This document shows positions 13,869 through 25,600 of a DNA stretch of 64,000 bases, piece after piece. Position 1 is the stretch's first letter. Every line of letters starts with the position of its first letter. The notes beneath the pieces were generated by a model. It searched no databases. It saw only the letters and a program-made list of their open reading frames with translations, and was not told where the DNA came from. The translations under genes and the position numbers were made by a program. This stretch comes from Smutsia gigantea (Eukaryota), in contig JAVSCE010011590.1 in NCBI GenBank assembly GCA_032199065.1, forward strand, positions 300,551 through 364,550. The letters are read 5' to 3'.

Positions 13869-14468
13869 GGCCGGGCCAGAGAGAAAACGCCGGCAGCGCT
13901 CCTAACTACACTGGAGAAGTGCAACTTTCACCAGACCACGCTGGAGCGCAGACTCCGGAGGGCAGAAGAGTACAGGACCCCGGCGGCGGGCCGCAACGCG
14001 TAACAGGACAGACCCCAAAGAACTCACGTGGGTAGGGTGCCCCCGCCGACCCCGCCCCCGTCGTCACGGCGACTCATCAAGGCCCTTTCAGGGGCCTGTC
14101 CGCCTAACTGCCAGGGTCGCTGGGCCGGCGTCTGCTCCTGCTTTTCCTGCGTGTTCCTCTACCTCTCTCCCGTGGTCCAGCCCAGCCTTCGCCACTGAGT
14201 TTTTTCCCCCTGGCACAGCTCTGAGATCTTCGGTCAGAGTGGCAGAATGAGTTGTGCATCTGGCACACTGATAAACAGTCCGGGAATTGGAGAGTTGGGC
14301 CTTCAGGCCCTTGGAAGCACAGAGACTGGCGGAAGGCCGAGCTTCTTCGTCACGTGGCTCCAGACAGACCAATCATCCATATTCCTCCGCCGCGTGAGCG
14401 CACCCAGGTCACGTGACCACGCCAGTTACCCACGTGGGGACACTGCGTGTTCCATTCTTTGTGCTCCG
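13869..14468. promoter_or_regulatory. Bidirectional CpG-island promoter shared by OSGEP (minus) and APEX1 (plus), with a CCAAT box (14369-14373) and CACGTG E-boxes at 14351-14356, 14410-14415 and 14431-14436
   Basis: The region is CpG-dense. The OSGEP ATG sits at 13868 and the putative APEX1 5'-UTR exon ends at 14468. The motifs listed were read directly from the sequence. A TATA-less promoter with CCAAT and USF-type E-boxes agrees with what is known of the human APEX1 promoter. Confidence 0.6.
14400..14468 (+). other. APEX1: Putative APEX1 non-coding exon 1 (5' UTR); TSS not determinable from sequence
   Basis: Donor gtaagg lies at 14469, and the acceptor of the ATG-containing exon lies 315 nt downstream. 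The exon is immediately downstream of the CCAAT and E-box cluster. Only the 3' boundary is supported, and the start coordinate is a guess. Confidence 0.4.
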
Positions 14469-14851
14469 GTAAGGAGTAGCGAACCTGCGGCCCGAGTAGG
14501 TCAGGTGCAGAGTGAGGTTCTTTTGCTCAGCAAGGGGGCTTCTGTGGACGTCTGATAGGCAGACCTAAGTCGGGACCCTTCAATAAGTCCTTCGAGTGGC
14601 GGGAGGGCAGATCTCGGAGGAGGGTTCAGGCAGTATGAAACGATCTAGTGGGTGAGGGGCTGAAGGGCCTATGGTGCACGGAGGCGAGGAAAGGGTTCAG
14701 AGACAGTAGGGTTTGCACCCCCGCCCGAGGAAGGAGGCTTTTTCACAGCCTTATCTGGTTTCACGACTTATTTGCATCTGTAGGCAACCCCGTAAAAATA
14801 CTGCTGCGGTGGGCCACGTGGAACAGGTTCAGAAAGGCTTTCGTTTCCGTG

Positions 14852-14909
14852 ATGCCGAAGCGTGGGAAAAAGGGATCGGTGGCCGAAGAGGGGGAAGAAC
14901 CTAAGATTG
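14852..14909 (+). CDS. APEX1: APEX1 coding exon (MPKRGKKGSVAEEGEEPKI); exon begins at ~14784 after acceptor ctgtag
   Basis: ATG at 14852 and donor gtaag at 14910. Matches the human APE1 N-terminus MPKRGKKGAVAEDGDE. Confidence 0.9.
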
Positions 14910-15115
14910 GTAAGATAATGAAATGGGTTCCTTCGTCTAGAGGCTGCGATGGGGGTGTTTCTAATTAATAAAAAGTAAGTAAGGACCGATTCAATACATT
15001 TTTGAGGATTTTGTAAAGTCGTGGCAGCTGCAGGCCCTCTGCGGGTCTGTAGTTAAATCTGGATCAAAGTTGGATACCACCTTTTATCACTGACTATGCG
15101 TTACTTATTTTACAG

Positions 15116-15303
15116 AGCCAGAGGCCAAGAAGAGTAAATCAGGAGCAAAGAAACACGAAAAAGAGGCGGCAGGAGAGGGGCCAGCCCTGTATGAGGACCC
15201 CCCAGATAAGAAAACGTCACCAGGTGGCAAATCAGCCTCACTCAAGATCTGCTCCTGGAATGTGGATGGGCTTCGAGCCTGGATTAAGAAGAAAGGCTTG
15301 GAT
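15116..15303 (+). CDS. APEX1: APEX1 coding exon ([63 protein letters not shown])
   Basis: Acceptor ttttacag and donor gtgagt are present. The translation matches human APE1 residues ~20-82. Confidence 0.9.
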
Positions 15304-15819
15304 GTGAGTGTAATTCGAGAAAGAAGAGACATTCTTTATTGTTGAATAAGCTTGGGGTTTAATCACCTTTTCCCATTTCAGTCCTCAGCTCGTAGGTTTT
15401 ATTTTTACCTTATCTTTAGTTTTCTTTTGGGAGAGGTAGAAGGAGGGGGTCTCACCAAGTCATAACTATTCTATTTCCTAAATGTCCATTCCTTAACCTC
15501 CATTGCCATTGTCTGGTTTGAAAAAAAGTTACTGGACTTGCTCCGTTTCATGTCCAGTATATCCTCCATTTAAGTAACTACTTAAAAATCTTAGCCAGCT
15601 ATACACTGCCTATGGAAAAAAACAGTCTTGTGTTCGTTTAACACTCTGCATTCGTTGCCAGTTATATAATTTATAAATGTTTATTGTGCTGCTAGACTCT
15701 TAAATGCCTTATGCTCAGGAACTATGTCTCACCTGTGTATCTCTAGTATGAGGCACATAGATTCTTGAATAAATAATCTGCTAAACCAGTAAGTTTTCGA
15801 CCTTGCATTTCATTCACAG

Positions 15820-16012
15820 TGGGTAAAGGAAGAAGCCCCAGATATCCTGTGCCTCCAAGAGACCAAATGTTCAGAGAACAAACTGCCACCTGAACTGCAG
15901 GAGCTGCCTGGACTATCCCATCAGTACTGGTCAGCTCCCTCAGACAAGGAAGGGTACAGTGGTGTGGGCCTGCTGTCCCGCCAGTGCCCACTCAAAGTCT
16001 CCTATGGCATTG
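15820..16012 (+). CDS. APEX1: APEX1 coding exon ([64 protein letters not shown])
   Basis: Acceptor cattcacag and donor gtgag are present. The exon is 193 nt and the phases are consistent. Confidence 0.9.
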
Positions 16013-16145
16013 GTGAGATCCCGTTGATTCCTAACACTGGAGCTCTTCCAAGCTAATTGCTAATACCCCAGTCCAGCCCCTGGTTTGGATTCGTTTGTTC
16101 TTTGCTTTTTCTTTCACACTTTATGCTGGTTCTGTTTCATTTCAG

Positions 16146-16663
16146 GTGAGGAGGAACATGATCAGGAAGGCCGAGTGATTGTGGCTGAATTCGACGCATT
16201 TGTGCTGGTAACAGCCTATGTACCTAATGCAGGCCGGGGTCTGGTACGCCTGGATTACAGGCAGCGCTGGGATGAAGCTTTTCGCAAGTTCCTGAAGGGG
16301 TTGGCTTCCCGCAAGCCCCTTGTGCTATGTGGGGATCTTAATGTGGCTCATGAAGAAATTGACCTTCGCAACCCTAAGGGAAACAAAAAGAATGCTGGCT
16401 TCACTCCGCAAGAGCGTCAAGGCTTTGGGGAGTTGCTGCAGGCTGTGCCCCTGGCTGACAGTTTTCGGCATCTCTACCCCAACACGGCCTATGCCTACAC
16501 CTTCTGGACCTACATGATGAATGCTCGATCCAAAAATGTTGGTTGGCGCCTTGATTACTTTCTGTTGTCTCATTCTCTCTTACCTGCATTGTGTGATAGC
16601 AAGATCCGATCCAAGGCCCTGGGCAGTGACCACTGTCCCATCACCCTATACCTAGCACTATGA
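16146..16663 (+). CDS. APEX1: APEX1 last coding exon ([19 protein letters not shown]…[13 protein letters not shown]), including the stop codon; total CDS 318 codons
   Basis: Acceptor tttcag is present. The translation matches the exonuclease III family nuclease domain of human APE1 through the C-terminus, with the stop codon ending at 16663. Confidence 0.95.
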
Positions 16664-16901
16664 CACCTACCCCCAATCACTCAGCCTGGGAAATAAGCCC
16701 CCCAAAATTAGCTTAACCCTTAAACCCTTCCTCCACAGCTTCTTTAAAAACTGCTCTCTAGAGATCTGCACTGTATTTTCCTTCTAAAAATAATCTCTCA
16801 ACCAGGCTCCTACTGACAGATTTCTTTTAAGCCCAGTTTCCTTTTTTTTCTTTTTTTACACTAAAAACTACTGATGATTTTCTTTGAACTGTCCATGTGC
16901 A

Positions 16902-16907
16902 AATAAA
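16902..16907 (+). terminator. APEX1: APEX1 polyadenylation signal AATAAA
   Basis: This is the only AATAAA within ~250 nt downstream of the APEX1 stop codon. Confidence 0.5.
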
Positions 16908-17015
16908 GAGCCATAGTTTCATCCTTGCTGTCTTTGTATTCTACCCCCTTTTGGGCTGCAAATTCCCATCTTTTCATACATAAAGATTAACAACTGGAAG
17001 AGAGTCATGAACTTA

Positions 17016-17021
17016 TTTATT
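17016..17021 (-). terminator. PIP4P1: PIP4P1 polyadenylation signal (AATAAA on the minus strand), ~670 nt downstream of the stop codon
   Basis: The plus strand reads tttatt at 17016-17021. It converges on the APEX1 poly(A) signal, which lies about 110 nt away. Confidence 0.4.
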
Positions 17022-17683
17022 TACAAGCATAGGATGAGTCCCTAATTTCCACCAAGACAGCAACCCTACCTAGCCCAGTTAAATGGTGCAACTGGGGGGT
17101 AAAGTTGGAAGGAGGAATTAAGGGAAACAGGACTGGGGAATATACCCCACATTAAATAGTTATATACACATCAATTCCTGTGGTTCTGTACAGAGCAGCG
17201 GCTGACTCCCCCACAGGACACAATGGTGGGGGAGGAGGCTGAGGGTACTGAGATCAGAGCCGGCCCCTGGTGAAGTGCAATAGCAGCAGCAGTCCTAAGG
17301 GTACACAGCAGGAGGGGAAACCCCCAGGGCTACCCACCCCCACCCACTGGCCCTGGAATGTGTAAGGGACAGGAATGGCTCTCAGAGCATAAAGGAAGGA
17401 CAAGGCTAGAACCCTCTGGTAGGACCCAGGTTTAGGGACGTTTTGCCTACTTCACCCTAAACACAGCAACCCTTGGAGGAAGGCGGATGACCAGCAGTGG
17501 TCTTACCTACCCCTCCAAGCCTAGGTGAGGGCCTGGTTCCGTCCTACCTCTCCCCGGGGAAGAGGCAGGCAGCTGCTTGGCTCCCCTTACAGAGCTCTGG
17601 GAGCCTTTTACCATGGCTCCCTTTGTAGTGTCACTGTCCCCACCAGGGAGGGGCCAGGCACAGTCTGTGGATCATCATGGGGC

Positions 17684-17827
17684 TCAGGAAAAGTTCTGGA
17701 CAGGGTGGCTGACCTTCATACAGGCCCAATAGAAGGCCCGGCCCAAACACAGCACAGCCAACAGGATGACAAATGCCCAGGCTGCATAGATGCCTCCATA
17801 TCGCTGTGCATGCTTCCATGTGCCAAA
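17684..17827 (-). CDS. PIP4P1: PIP4P1/TMEM55B last coding exon ([47 protein letters not shown])
   Basis: Matches the human TMEM55B C-terminus, including the second transmembrane segment. Acceptor cttcatcag is present. The stop codon tga is the reverse complement of 17684-17686. Confidence 0.9.
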   Translation of the reverse strand, partial: FGTWKHAQRYGGIYAAWAFVILLAVLCLGRAFYWACMKVSHPVQNFS

Positions 17828-18287
17828 CTGATGAAGAAAAAGAATGATGAGTTACTGTTGAGTTCACCACTTTCTATAAGTCCTAGTGACAGTGACACAG
17901 AACTCAAGCTTCAGCCTCTGGTCCCTATCAAAAGGTCTCAGAGATCTTTTCAAAGACAGTTCTGCTTCCTTCCCCTGGGCCAGAACATACTCAAACAATC
18001 CCAGACATCTGTTATTCTTACTCTTTGACAATTGAGCCAGGTTTCCTAAACTCTTAGTTTAAGTCACTGTATTGTCCTATTCTCTGCATAAAGAAGATGG
18101 CAGGTTTTTACTCCTATAGTAACAGCAAAGATTATCAGTTACCTTCAACTTCAGTTCATTTGTACATTAAAAGAACAAACAAAAACCCACTGATTTCTCT
18201 CACTCCTTTTTAGCGTAGCCATTTCCCAAATCTGAGTCTATGGAGATGAAGCTGAAGAACAAAAGGTGTTGGATCACGTTTACTCAC

Positions 18288-18378
18288 AGCAAGGCCAGTG
18301 GCAGTGACTGCCAACAGTAAGCCAAGCAAGAAGCAGCAAACACATCTCTTCCGTGGATACCTACGCCCAATGGAAGAC
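18288..18378 (-). CDS. PIP4P1: PIP4P1 coding exon (SSIGRRYPRKRCVCCFLLGLLLAVTATGLA)
   Basis: Matches human VSSIGRRYPRKRCICCFLLGLLLAVTATGLA. Acceptor ccctgcag and donor gtgagta are present. Confidence 0.9.
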
Positions 18379-18481
18379 CTGCAGGGAGGCAAACAATGGA
18401 TGTTTGCAATGACCCTCTACTTTTTACTTTATACGCATCACCCAACTACCAGCTCAATGATGCCCCTCACTAATCACTTAC

Positions 18482-18534
18482 ACTTTCCTGCAGTGAGGGC
18501 AACGGGCCAAGGTTCGGTCTGTGAACTCTGTCCA
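18482..18534 (-). CDS. PIP4P1: PIP4P1 coding exon (WTEFTDRTLARCPHCRK)
   Basis: Matches the human sequence exactly. Acceptor ccttag and donor gtaagt are present. The exon is 53 nt. Confidence 0.85.
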
Positions 18535-18733
18535 CTAAGGAGAAAAAAAAACGAAGAAACCATTTAATAGTAGAAGCAAAATCATCTTTAACTGTGAGCC
18601 CTGAGGCAGAGGAGGGTGGGAAGCAAGTCCTCATAGAACAGACCTTTTTAGGATTCATAACTGTAACTCAGAAATACATCCATGATTACTCCTGGGTTTT
18701 TTTTCCCCCGGTCTTCCCAGTACTCCTCCTCAC

Positions 18734-18839
18734 CAGAAAAGTATTCTTGCAATGTCCACAGATGACCCTGACACCCACAGGTTGTGGTTCAGGACTCAGA
18801 GGTCCTGGATGCACAGGCCCCAGATTGATGATTCTTTTG
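18734..18839 (-). CDS. PIP4P1: PIP4P1 coding exon ([36 protein letters not shown])
   Basis: Matches human [36 protein letters not shown]. Acceptor ctacag and donor gtgagg are present. Confidence 0.9.
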
Positions 18840-19295
18840 CTGTAGAAGAGAAAAAAACTGTTTAAAAAATTTCCAATCCTAAGAATCCCTACACTACTCT
18901 TTCATATCCCCCACTCCTTGCCTGCTGAAGTTCCTCTACTTCCTGTACATTTAAGATACCTCACTGTCCCCCAACCCTATCCCACAGAATCCCTGAGGAA
19001 AAGCACTGCTTAAACTTCAGGTCTCTAATTTCCCTTTAGGGTAATCCACTCAGTCCCTGAGACTCTCCATTTTCCAAAAGGACAGCATTTCATCCTAATC
19101 TTTTTATTGAGAGATGAGAAAGGTGGCTGTAACATACCAGAACCACAACCATTTTTAGCTTTTTCTCCTTCTAAATAAACACCAGACTCTCTCACCTTTA
19201 CATCTCTCTCACCTTTACATTCTCTTTAAACATTCATCCTTTTTTGGCCTTCCAATTTTCCCCAATAATGCCCTTCTCCACCTTATGCCTCTTAC

Positions 19296-19402
19296 CAGTA
19301 GGGCCGAGGGCAGGCAATCCGCTGGGAAGTCACTTTGCAGATGAGGAGACAGTTACAGGGGCATCTAACGTATTTTTTCCCTGGAGGTGCATTCTTGATT
19401 GG
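19296..19402 (-). CDS. PIP4P1: PIP4P1 coding exon ([35 protein letters not shown])
   Basis: Identical to the human segment. Acceptor ctctag and donor gtaaga are present. Confidence 0.9.
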
Positions 19403-19781
19403 CTAGAGAATAATGGGGACATCAGTAAGCAAACCTCTAATTCTGATCCCTTCCATTTCCTCCAAAAAATATCTTCTGAAGAGAAATCAGACAGATGTCT
19501 TAGCCAGGGAAGAGATATGAAAGAAAGGCATACAGCATGGGATTTGCAAATAAACACAGGGCTTAAGTATCCAGGACAGGTATGAAGGTGAGGGACGGAA
19601 AACATTAGCTTTGGTGAGTGGCTTTTGGGGAAATGCTGTGTGACTCTCCTGGAACTAAAACCTGGGTTTCATGAAGAGCACTTGGCAAACACCTGCAAGT
19701 CTGGGTCTAGAATCAAGGGATCAGAAACAGGATCCAGGAAAAAAGGCCCATCTCACAGATATGTATAAATAAGTAACTCAC

Positions 19782-19972
19782 AGTGGCTTCATTGCAGACA
19801 CCACATTTGACTACATGCTGATGCATTTTGCCTTCCACGTTGATGAGAGACTGGCAAACTCGGCAGGTAATCATGGGGGCACTGCCACTGTCCGGGCTAG
19901 TCAGGGGTGAGTAGGGGGGCGGGTCCTCCCCAGGCAACACGGCTGGGTGTCCCTCTGGGAACGGGGGAAATG
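19782..19972 (-). CDS. PIP4P1: PIP4P1 coding exon ([64 protein letters not shown])
   Basis: Matches human. Acceptor ttctccag and donor gtgagt are present. The exon is 191 nt. Confidence 0.9.
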
Positions 19973-20305
19973 CTGGAGAAGAAGGTAAAAGAAGAGCTGG
20001 CATCACTTGCAGACACCCTCACTGATGCTCCACGGGGTCATGGAACGCCTTCTGGTCCTCAACCCTTCTGCCCAAGCTCGGCGGACTTCTTATAATCCGG
20101 ACTTCCATCAGCTTCCTCAGAACCCCCTCACGTTCCCAAACTCCTGTTGCGATTGCGGAGTGAAGCAACTGTCACCCAAGTGACAGCTCCGCACCTCGCG
20201 CTTGGGCCCCGCCTCTGCGCCCGGGCCCTCCCCTCTCGTCTCTCCAGGGTACCCCCGGGAACACCGCGGACCCGCCCCCGCTTATCCTGGGCGGGGCATG
20301 TTTAC

Positions 20306-20447
20306 CGGCTCCGTACGGAGGCGCGGAAGGGGTCAGGCCTCCCCCGGGCCCAGGCCCACTCCCGCCAGGCCCCACTAGTCCATTGCCGCCAGCACCACCG
20401 TCGATGGGCTCGGAGAGCAGCGGGGATCGCTCTCCATCTGCCGCCAT
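20306..20447 (-). CDS. PIP4P1: PIP4P1 exon 1, coding part (MAADGERSPLLSEPIDGGAGGNGLVGPGGSGPGPGGGLTPSAPPYGA); total CDS 277 codons
   Basis: The ATG is the reverse complement of 20445-20447 and donor gtaaac follows. Matches the human TMEM55B N-terminus. It is embedded in a CpG island. Confidence 0.9.
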
Positions 20448-21100
20448 GGCCTCCACCAGTGCCTCCCGCTTCGGCCAAGGACCCGGCTCTCTTCCCCGCT
20501 GCCGTCGCCGCAACCACCACCGCCGCCGCTACCGGGTCCTTAGGGCGCCTGCGCGCGGCGCGCACAGCTTTTCCCCGCAACCAGTGGCCTGTCCCGCCCC
20601 GGTCTGTCCCACAGCACGTGATACGCTATCCTCGCCCCCTCCGTGCTGTTATTCCCAGAAATAAACCAATCCCTGGTCTCGTGAAGGCGTCTCTTTTTTC
20701 CCATTGGGGAGGGTCGTGGTAACGTTTAGTGTCACATGACCTTCCGGAGCCCTCTGGGCCTGCAAAAACTGCACGTGACAGGAGGTTCTGCAAGCCATTG
20801 GAAGCGTAGCCCATCGCACTACCTACAGACAAGGAGGTGAGGCTGCTCTATTTCAGCTCGCTGGTCATGTGCTTCAGAAACCAGCAGGTCCTCTAGGGGG
20901 TGCGCTCCCAACGGGTGCACGATCTTTGCTCCTTATTGGTCCAACGACACCACTAAAATATTTTACTTCCCCTTTGCGTATAATTGGTTTCCCATTGGCT
21001 GGAGTCTTCCCTTTCCCGTCCTGTGATCGCTGGGGCGCAATTTTATTGGCTCGAGTGTAGGTCCGGAATCGGGCGTGGCTCAAGAGCTAGCAATGAAAGA
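20448..21100 (-). promoter_or_regulatory. PIP4P1: PIP4P1 CpG-island promoter / 5' UTR region
   Basis: A very GC- and CpG-rich block lies immediately upstream (at higher coordinates) of the minus-strand ATG. The long ORFs on both strands here are compositional artefacts. Confidence 0.55.
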
Positions 21101-21411
21101 GTGCGGGAGGAGGAAAGGTGGGCGACAATCAGTCTCTCAAACTTCCTGTTGAAAGTCAGAGTAAAGGTTATGCTCGGAGGAAACGGGTTAAATCGTTGAG
21201 GTTATTACCCCATCCTTTCTCACTGGAGTCACTTCTGGAACAGCACACAAGACTGGCTTCTCCAGGACGCTCCTCTGTAGACTCCTGCCTCCTCCCCTGG
21301 TTAGATTACGAAATTGTGTCTGCACCGCTACAAGGAGAGCTAATCGTTTTAGTTTTGTGACATCTCCCAGTCCTAAACACACATCTGTGATAAGTTTTGA
21401 TTTAGTTAACC

Positions 21412-21916
21412 AATCAAGTGTCTTGCCAATGAGTTTCAGCTCAGGCAAGCTCGCTATAGATTCACTGTGACCAAAGAAATTTACAGCAAAGGATTCTTGG
21501 GGTGAAAAGGTGATACCCAACTTTATTTCCAGGTGGCAGATCAGTCACTAAAATCCCGTTCACTCAGAGAGAGTCTGTGTTATCGCTGCTGCTTTGGATA
21601 CAGCAAGCCAGTCTCTGCCTCTGGGCCTCTCTGTTCACCCGTCCCGTACAGTTGTCCTCTGGGCCTCTCTGCACAGTCTGTACAGCCGTCTGCACAGCCG
21701 TCCTCTGGGCCTCTGTCTTCAGTGTTGCCACTACTCCAGCCTCTGCTCCGCTCTCCTACAACCTTGCAGCCCCACCACCCTGTCTCCCGCAGAGCATGGG
21801 CGGAATGCTTTATATTAACACAATAATGGCTTATTGCCTAAAGGTGTGGAAGCGGCAGCACAGCAACAGGCCAGTCACATCATCAGGTGGTTTTAAGTTC
21901 AGCGAGGATCCTGGCC
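21412..21916 (+). mobile_element. Solo-LTR-like repeat, family A copy 1 (TG…CA termini, internal ~24-bp VNTR cagccgtcctctgggcctctctg)
   Basis: Three homologous copies are present (this one, 30836-31340 on the plus strand, and 35497-35975 on the minus strand). All share the start (g)tgtcttgc(a/c)aatgagtttcag and the end ggaaccccac(t)tta(t/c)cca, and all contain a tandem repeat array. Candidate short TSDs: caagt flanks this copy. Confidence 0.5.
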
Positions 21917-22695
21917 ATAGGAACCCCCCTTTACCCACACAAGTCCAAAGATATTTTAGTCACCTTGTTAGATAGGACAGGCTTTAAACTAGTCTTAACA
22001 ACTACATCCCCAGCCACGAGATTGCTACGTAGAGGTCATTCTGACAATATTGGAAGACATGCAGCTCAGACCTTTGAACAGCCAGTCCACCTACCCACTC
22101 TCCTTTTCCTCCTCGCAGAGCAGGTAAGAGGACACCTCCTCCCATCTGAGTAAGCACAGAATTCCTCTGGAATCTTTCATAGGTGGAAATGGTGTAGGGG
22201 GAAGAAGCAATTGCCATTCATTAACATGGAAAAGTTTTCAAGCATTTCCAGACCCAAAAAATACCCTCTCCTAGACTTTTCTGATACCTTAGGACCCATC
22301 TTGCTAACAGAAGCATAAAAAATAAGAGATAAAGCATGGATGATTCCAGATATAGTTTAAAGCTATGCCAACTTAATACTTAGGTGCTTAGTGTTGTCCC
22401 CCCAGGGAAGGAACTTGGTGGGGCCACTCTTGCTGCTCTGGTGCCAGAAGCTGCTGTAATGGATTGCTGCAAAACAATTGCTGAACGCTATTTTAACTTT
22501 TCACCGTTTTTTTAAAAAAAACAAAATCCTCTTCTGGTTTCTTTCACTTAGCAAAAACAGGTACAGGCCTGCCTCATTTGATTGCCCTTCACTTTACTGA
22601 ACTTCCCACATACTGTTTCTTTTTTTTTCTGCACACACACAAAAATGGAAGGTTTGTGGCAACCCTGTATCCAGCAAGTCTATCAGTGCCATTTT

Positions 22696-25600
22696 TGAAA
22701 GGGGGGTTCTTCAGCTACCCGATTCACTCATTCAGGAAGAGAGGACACGAGAGCTCCAGCAGCGAAGTTTATTGCCTGAAAGACAGAATGCCTTTCTCTA
22801 AAGGAGAGAGCAGCAATGGCAAGGGGGAAGCTGCTTATAAAGGAATTTGAGCGGGAAGTTGGTCTCGTGACTTCTATGCATTATGAGGTTCAGGAAGAGG
22901 GGGTGCTGATTGGATGGTTTAAAACAAGTATGTCCTATACATTTTCTATAGGTTGAGCTTAGCTGGCGCCGAGTTGCCGGCTGATGTAACTTAGAAGATA
23001 TGTAGGTAAAGGGAAGTAGGTACCTTTTATGGTAAGGGCAGGTTACCTTTGCCCTTTACAGTCGGGTGGCTGGTCGTTGCTAGGGAAACTATCTAGAATG
23101 AGGGTCACTTGAACAATGGGTGGGTTTTCCAGTAACTAGAACACATTTTTCTTAGAACTAGGTTGGGGGTGAGGCTTTGGGGGATTCAAGGCTGGGGTGC
23201 AGCTGCTGCAGGTGATACAAAGAGGGGGGACTTACTATGCTCGGAGGCAGTTCTGGGTTCTAACATTCCAGCATTTTTGTTGTACTTTCTATGCCGGGTG
23301 TAGGGGCTTGGGGTTGAAGTGTTGGATCATCTGGCTGCTTCGTAAGGGAAAAGGGGCGACATGGCGATGGAAAGGGCAGTTGCAGGGGAGGGGTGGCGAA
23401 GAACGGTTGACGGCTCAGACTTCTGTTAGCACGGCGTTGTCTGCTGTCAGGATTCTTCTGTTGGGAGGCAGTGGTATTCCTGCATGATTAACTGGTTGAT
23501 AGTTTGGTTAGTGAATTTTGAAATTTGGGTTTGAATGAGGTTTCTTAGGAAATTAATTAGGCAGGGAGCGAAGAGTAGAAGGAGGCAGAAAATGATAAGA
23601 GGCATGAGGAGAGGAAGTAGGATGTCTCTCAGAGTTGGTTTAAGCTTATGGTTTCTGTTTCATTTTCTTTTTTACAGATAGAGACTTTAGCTGCTGCTAG
23701 GGAAAGAGGGCGATGACTGCTCTGGCTGCTTCATGCTGAGAGGGGGCACAGTAAGGGATGCAGCTAGGTCTCCATCAGTGGGTGGTCAGGAGGGCATCGG
23801 AAGATGGGAGTTTTTTTCTTGGGCTCTAAGGCTATCACTATTTGCAGCTTCATGGCTTTTAGGTGAGACAGAACAAATCATGTCACTAGGTTAAGCAGCA
23901 ACATCTGGAGTTGGATTCTCCATTCTGGAAGGACAAACTTGACAAGAAGATTAAAGAATGCATGGCTGAATATGAGGACTAGAAATAGTAAATTTCTAAT
24001 TGAGAATCATAGCCAGATATCTTGGGAAACTAGAATTCTGGATCTAGTCTATGTACTAATGACTAGTATTAGGACTTAGTATAAATAAGGCTGCATTATT
24101 GAAACAATACTTTTCTCTAAAATCACCCTCACTTTCATTAGAAGTAACCAGATTAAGAAAATAATTAACACTTGGCTTGATTATTTGCATAAGTGCAGCA
24201 AGAAGAGCAATTGATTACATAGGCTCTTTTAAATGTGCTTTGCTGGAACTTTTTATAAGGAACTTCAGATTGGACTTTTAAAGGCCACACAAGGCCAGAA
24301 AGCCAAGCCAGACTTGCCATCAGGTTTTGCCTGCAGTACCTGCAGATTTGGGTGAATTCCTCTCTTCTTGAGGTCCCCAAGACATTCTGAGGTTCCTGCA
24401 CCTGCCAGGAAGTGACCTTCTTTACTCACCTAGTAAGGCTGCTGGGAATTCTGTAAGCAAGGTACCAGGCCAGTTTCTTCAAGGGGCTCTGTTGGTTCCA
24501 TTGAAGTCAACTTCAGTTCCTTAAAGCTGTTCATATCTGAGTTTATGCACGTGTCTCTCAGGTATAACATTCCAGTCAAAGCCTTGGTAATATAACCAGT
24601 GTTTTTAATTGGTTTTCTTACAAGGAAAGCAGATTCTCATTGAACTTATGCAAATAAACATACTGCCATGAAATATGAAAGTAGTCACTGAGTTTTAAAT
24701 TCTGGAGGGATCAGGTAGAGAGATAAATGTTTCAATTCTGCTTATAAAGGTATTGTCATTTACTAAACTGTTGTCAGCTTAAGAGAAAAAGCTTAAAATA
24801 CTATCAGTAACATTTGAAAAAAAAGCCACAAAACTATTTTCTTTAGTTTACTTAATCCTATGTAAATACTTGTTCTGCTGAAATCTAGTTTTTTACTAGT
24901 TTAGTAGTAATAATACAGTGACTATAAATGACAAAAGACTTGTAAATGAGAGTAGCTAAAGATCTGATGAGAGCTTACTATAAGACAGTTGACATAAGGA
25001 AATTTGGATATTTTTGCAACACAAAACATCCAGCAACAAAGTTTAGCATCATTTTGTTTGACAGTATTTTCCAGGTAATTAAGCTATTTACATATCAGAT
25101 AAATAAGCTGAATTAGCCATATACTTTCTCTAATGAAGAGAAAATTCCTCTGACATTTTCCAGGGGCCCTCTGGAAAATATCAGAGTTAACTAGGGGTAA
25201 AATTACCCTTTTGAATTTGATTTTGGCAAGTTGTCAGAAGAAAGTTTCTTTGGCACTTGCTTAAATAGGATTATAGGTATTTAATTAGAATGACAATAAA
25301 AAGGCTTAAATGCAAATACAGGTTACTCAGTTGTTAACAACACTTGGCTTGCAGTCCTCCCAATACCAAGACTTCATTTTCCCAAACACTCAGAGAACTC
25401 TTTGAGACTTTAAGCATGAGAAACTGCCGTGATAAAAACAATGAGAAAGTTCTTTACAATTTGTCAACATTAAGAGCAGACTACTCAATTTAAGAAAACT
25501 GTCTTTAACTGAAAAGAAAATTCTAATTTTGCTGTGTACTTGATATCAAGATGCATTTGCTTTAATTTTACATAGCACAACCATGTCAATTTTTCCACAA

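Noticed and set aside
16085-16145. N-terminal extension of the 192-aa ORF upstream of APEX1 exon 5
   Set aside because: The ORF reads through the intron. The true exon starts at 16146 after the tttcag acceptor. The upstream residues ([20 protein letters not shown]) are intronic.
20147-20722. A 191-aa plus-strand ORF, with overlapping ~90-113-aa ORFs on both strands, over the PIP4P1 exon 1 and promoter region
   Set aside because: It lies entirely within a CpG island. It is Arg/Pro/Ala-rich and of low complexity, it is antisense to or overlaps the genuine PIP4P1 exon 1 (whose reading frame is the 20172-20513 minus-strand ORF trimmed to 20306-20447), and it resembles no protein. It is a GC-composition artefact.
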